Made by a program: the position numbers and the translations under genes. A DNA stretch of 44,234 nucleotides from Stramenopiles sp. TOSAG23-2 (lineage: Eukaryota), in contig LT649294.1 in the NCBI GenBank assembly GCA_900128395.1, positions 1 through 44,234 on the forward strand. Reading direction: 5' to 3'. Below are positions 44,064 to 44,234 of the stretch, piece after piece. Positions within the stretch are counted from its first letter, which is position 1. Each line of letters begins with the position of its first letter. Under the pieces are notes generated by a model. The model saw only the letters and a list, made by a program, of their open reading frames with translations, had not been told where the DNA came from and did not search any database.

Positions 44064-44234
44064 ATGAAAGTTAACGGCCGGCAGCGAGGTGGAACCCTAA
44101 TTGGAACACGGATGATGGCCGCAAATTGGAACCCTAATTGGAACACGGATGATTTGTGGAACCCTAATTGGAACATGAATGAAGAGGCTTCGCGTATTCT
44201 AATATCCACTCTAAGTATAATTTATGTGTCATTT
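44064..44234 (+). CDS. Possible ORF running off the window end, with WNPNWN repeats
   Basis: Frame open from ATG 44064 to the end: ...MMAANWNPNWNTDDLWNPNWNMNEEASRILISTLSIIYVSF. Confidence 0.35.
   Translation, partial: MKVNGRQRGGTLIGTRMMAANWNPNWNTDDLWNPNWNMNEEASRILISTLSIIYVSF
44090..44183. repeat. Three ~27-bp direct repeats (tggaaccctaattggaacacggatgat)
   Basis: Copies start at 44090, 44127 and 44157, with spacers of 10 and 3 bp. The third copy is slightly diverged. Confidence 0.9.

Noticed and set aside
44090-44183. CRISPR array
   Set aside because: Spacers are only 10 and 3 bp, the context is eukaryotic, and there are no cas genes.
1-44234. Autonomous transposon or viral insertion explaining cassette mobility
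   Set aside because: No transposase, integrase, RT, Rep/helicase or capsid ORF, and no clear TIR or target-site duplication around the ankyrin genes.

Overview
AT-rich, gene-dense eukaryotic (protist, probably SAR/stramenopile-like; taxonomy is inference) genomic scaffold with one 9-N gap, many (TA)n tracts and few short spliceosomal introns (GTAAGT donor, CTAAC branch site). Ordinary genes: BAR-SH3, DUF389, myosin-IQ-RCC1, V-ATPase subunit a, DUF2103, TPR, C2HC zinc-finger, SLC25/UCP-like carrier and Dpy-30/RIIa-like proteins. The most striking signal is one ankyrin-repeat cassette (about 150 aa) at the C-terminus of three unrelated genes (F-box-like, class-3 lipase, XK-related scramblase-like), plus an orphan variant tail. 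Its framework DNA is almost identical between copies, while multi-nucleotide non-synonymous changes cluster at the ankyrin binding-surface positions (those randomised in DARPins). The assembly also breaks at those same sites. This suggests a mobile, diversifying sensor module grafted onto different effector domains, which is a hypothesis and not shown. Also noted: a stand-alone dynein microtubule-binding-domain-like ORF abutting scrambled cadherin fragments, a Q/P/H-rich KDEL protein built by exon duplication, and several exact 92-179 bp tandem duplications that are probably assembly artefacts. All family calls come from motif recognition by eye, with no database search.
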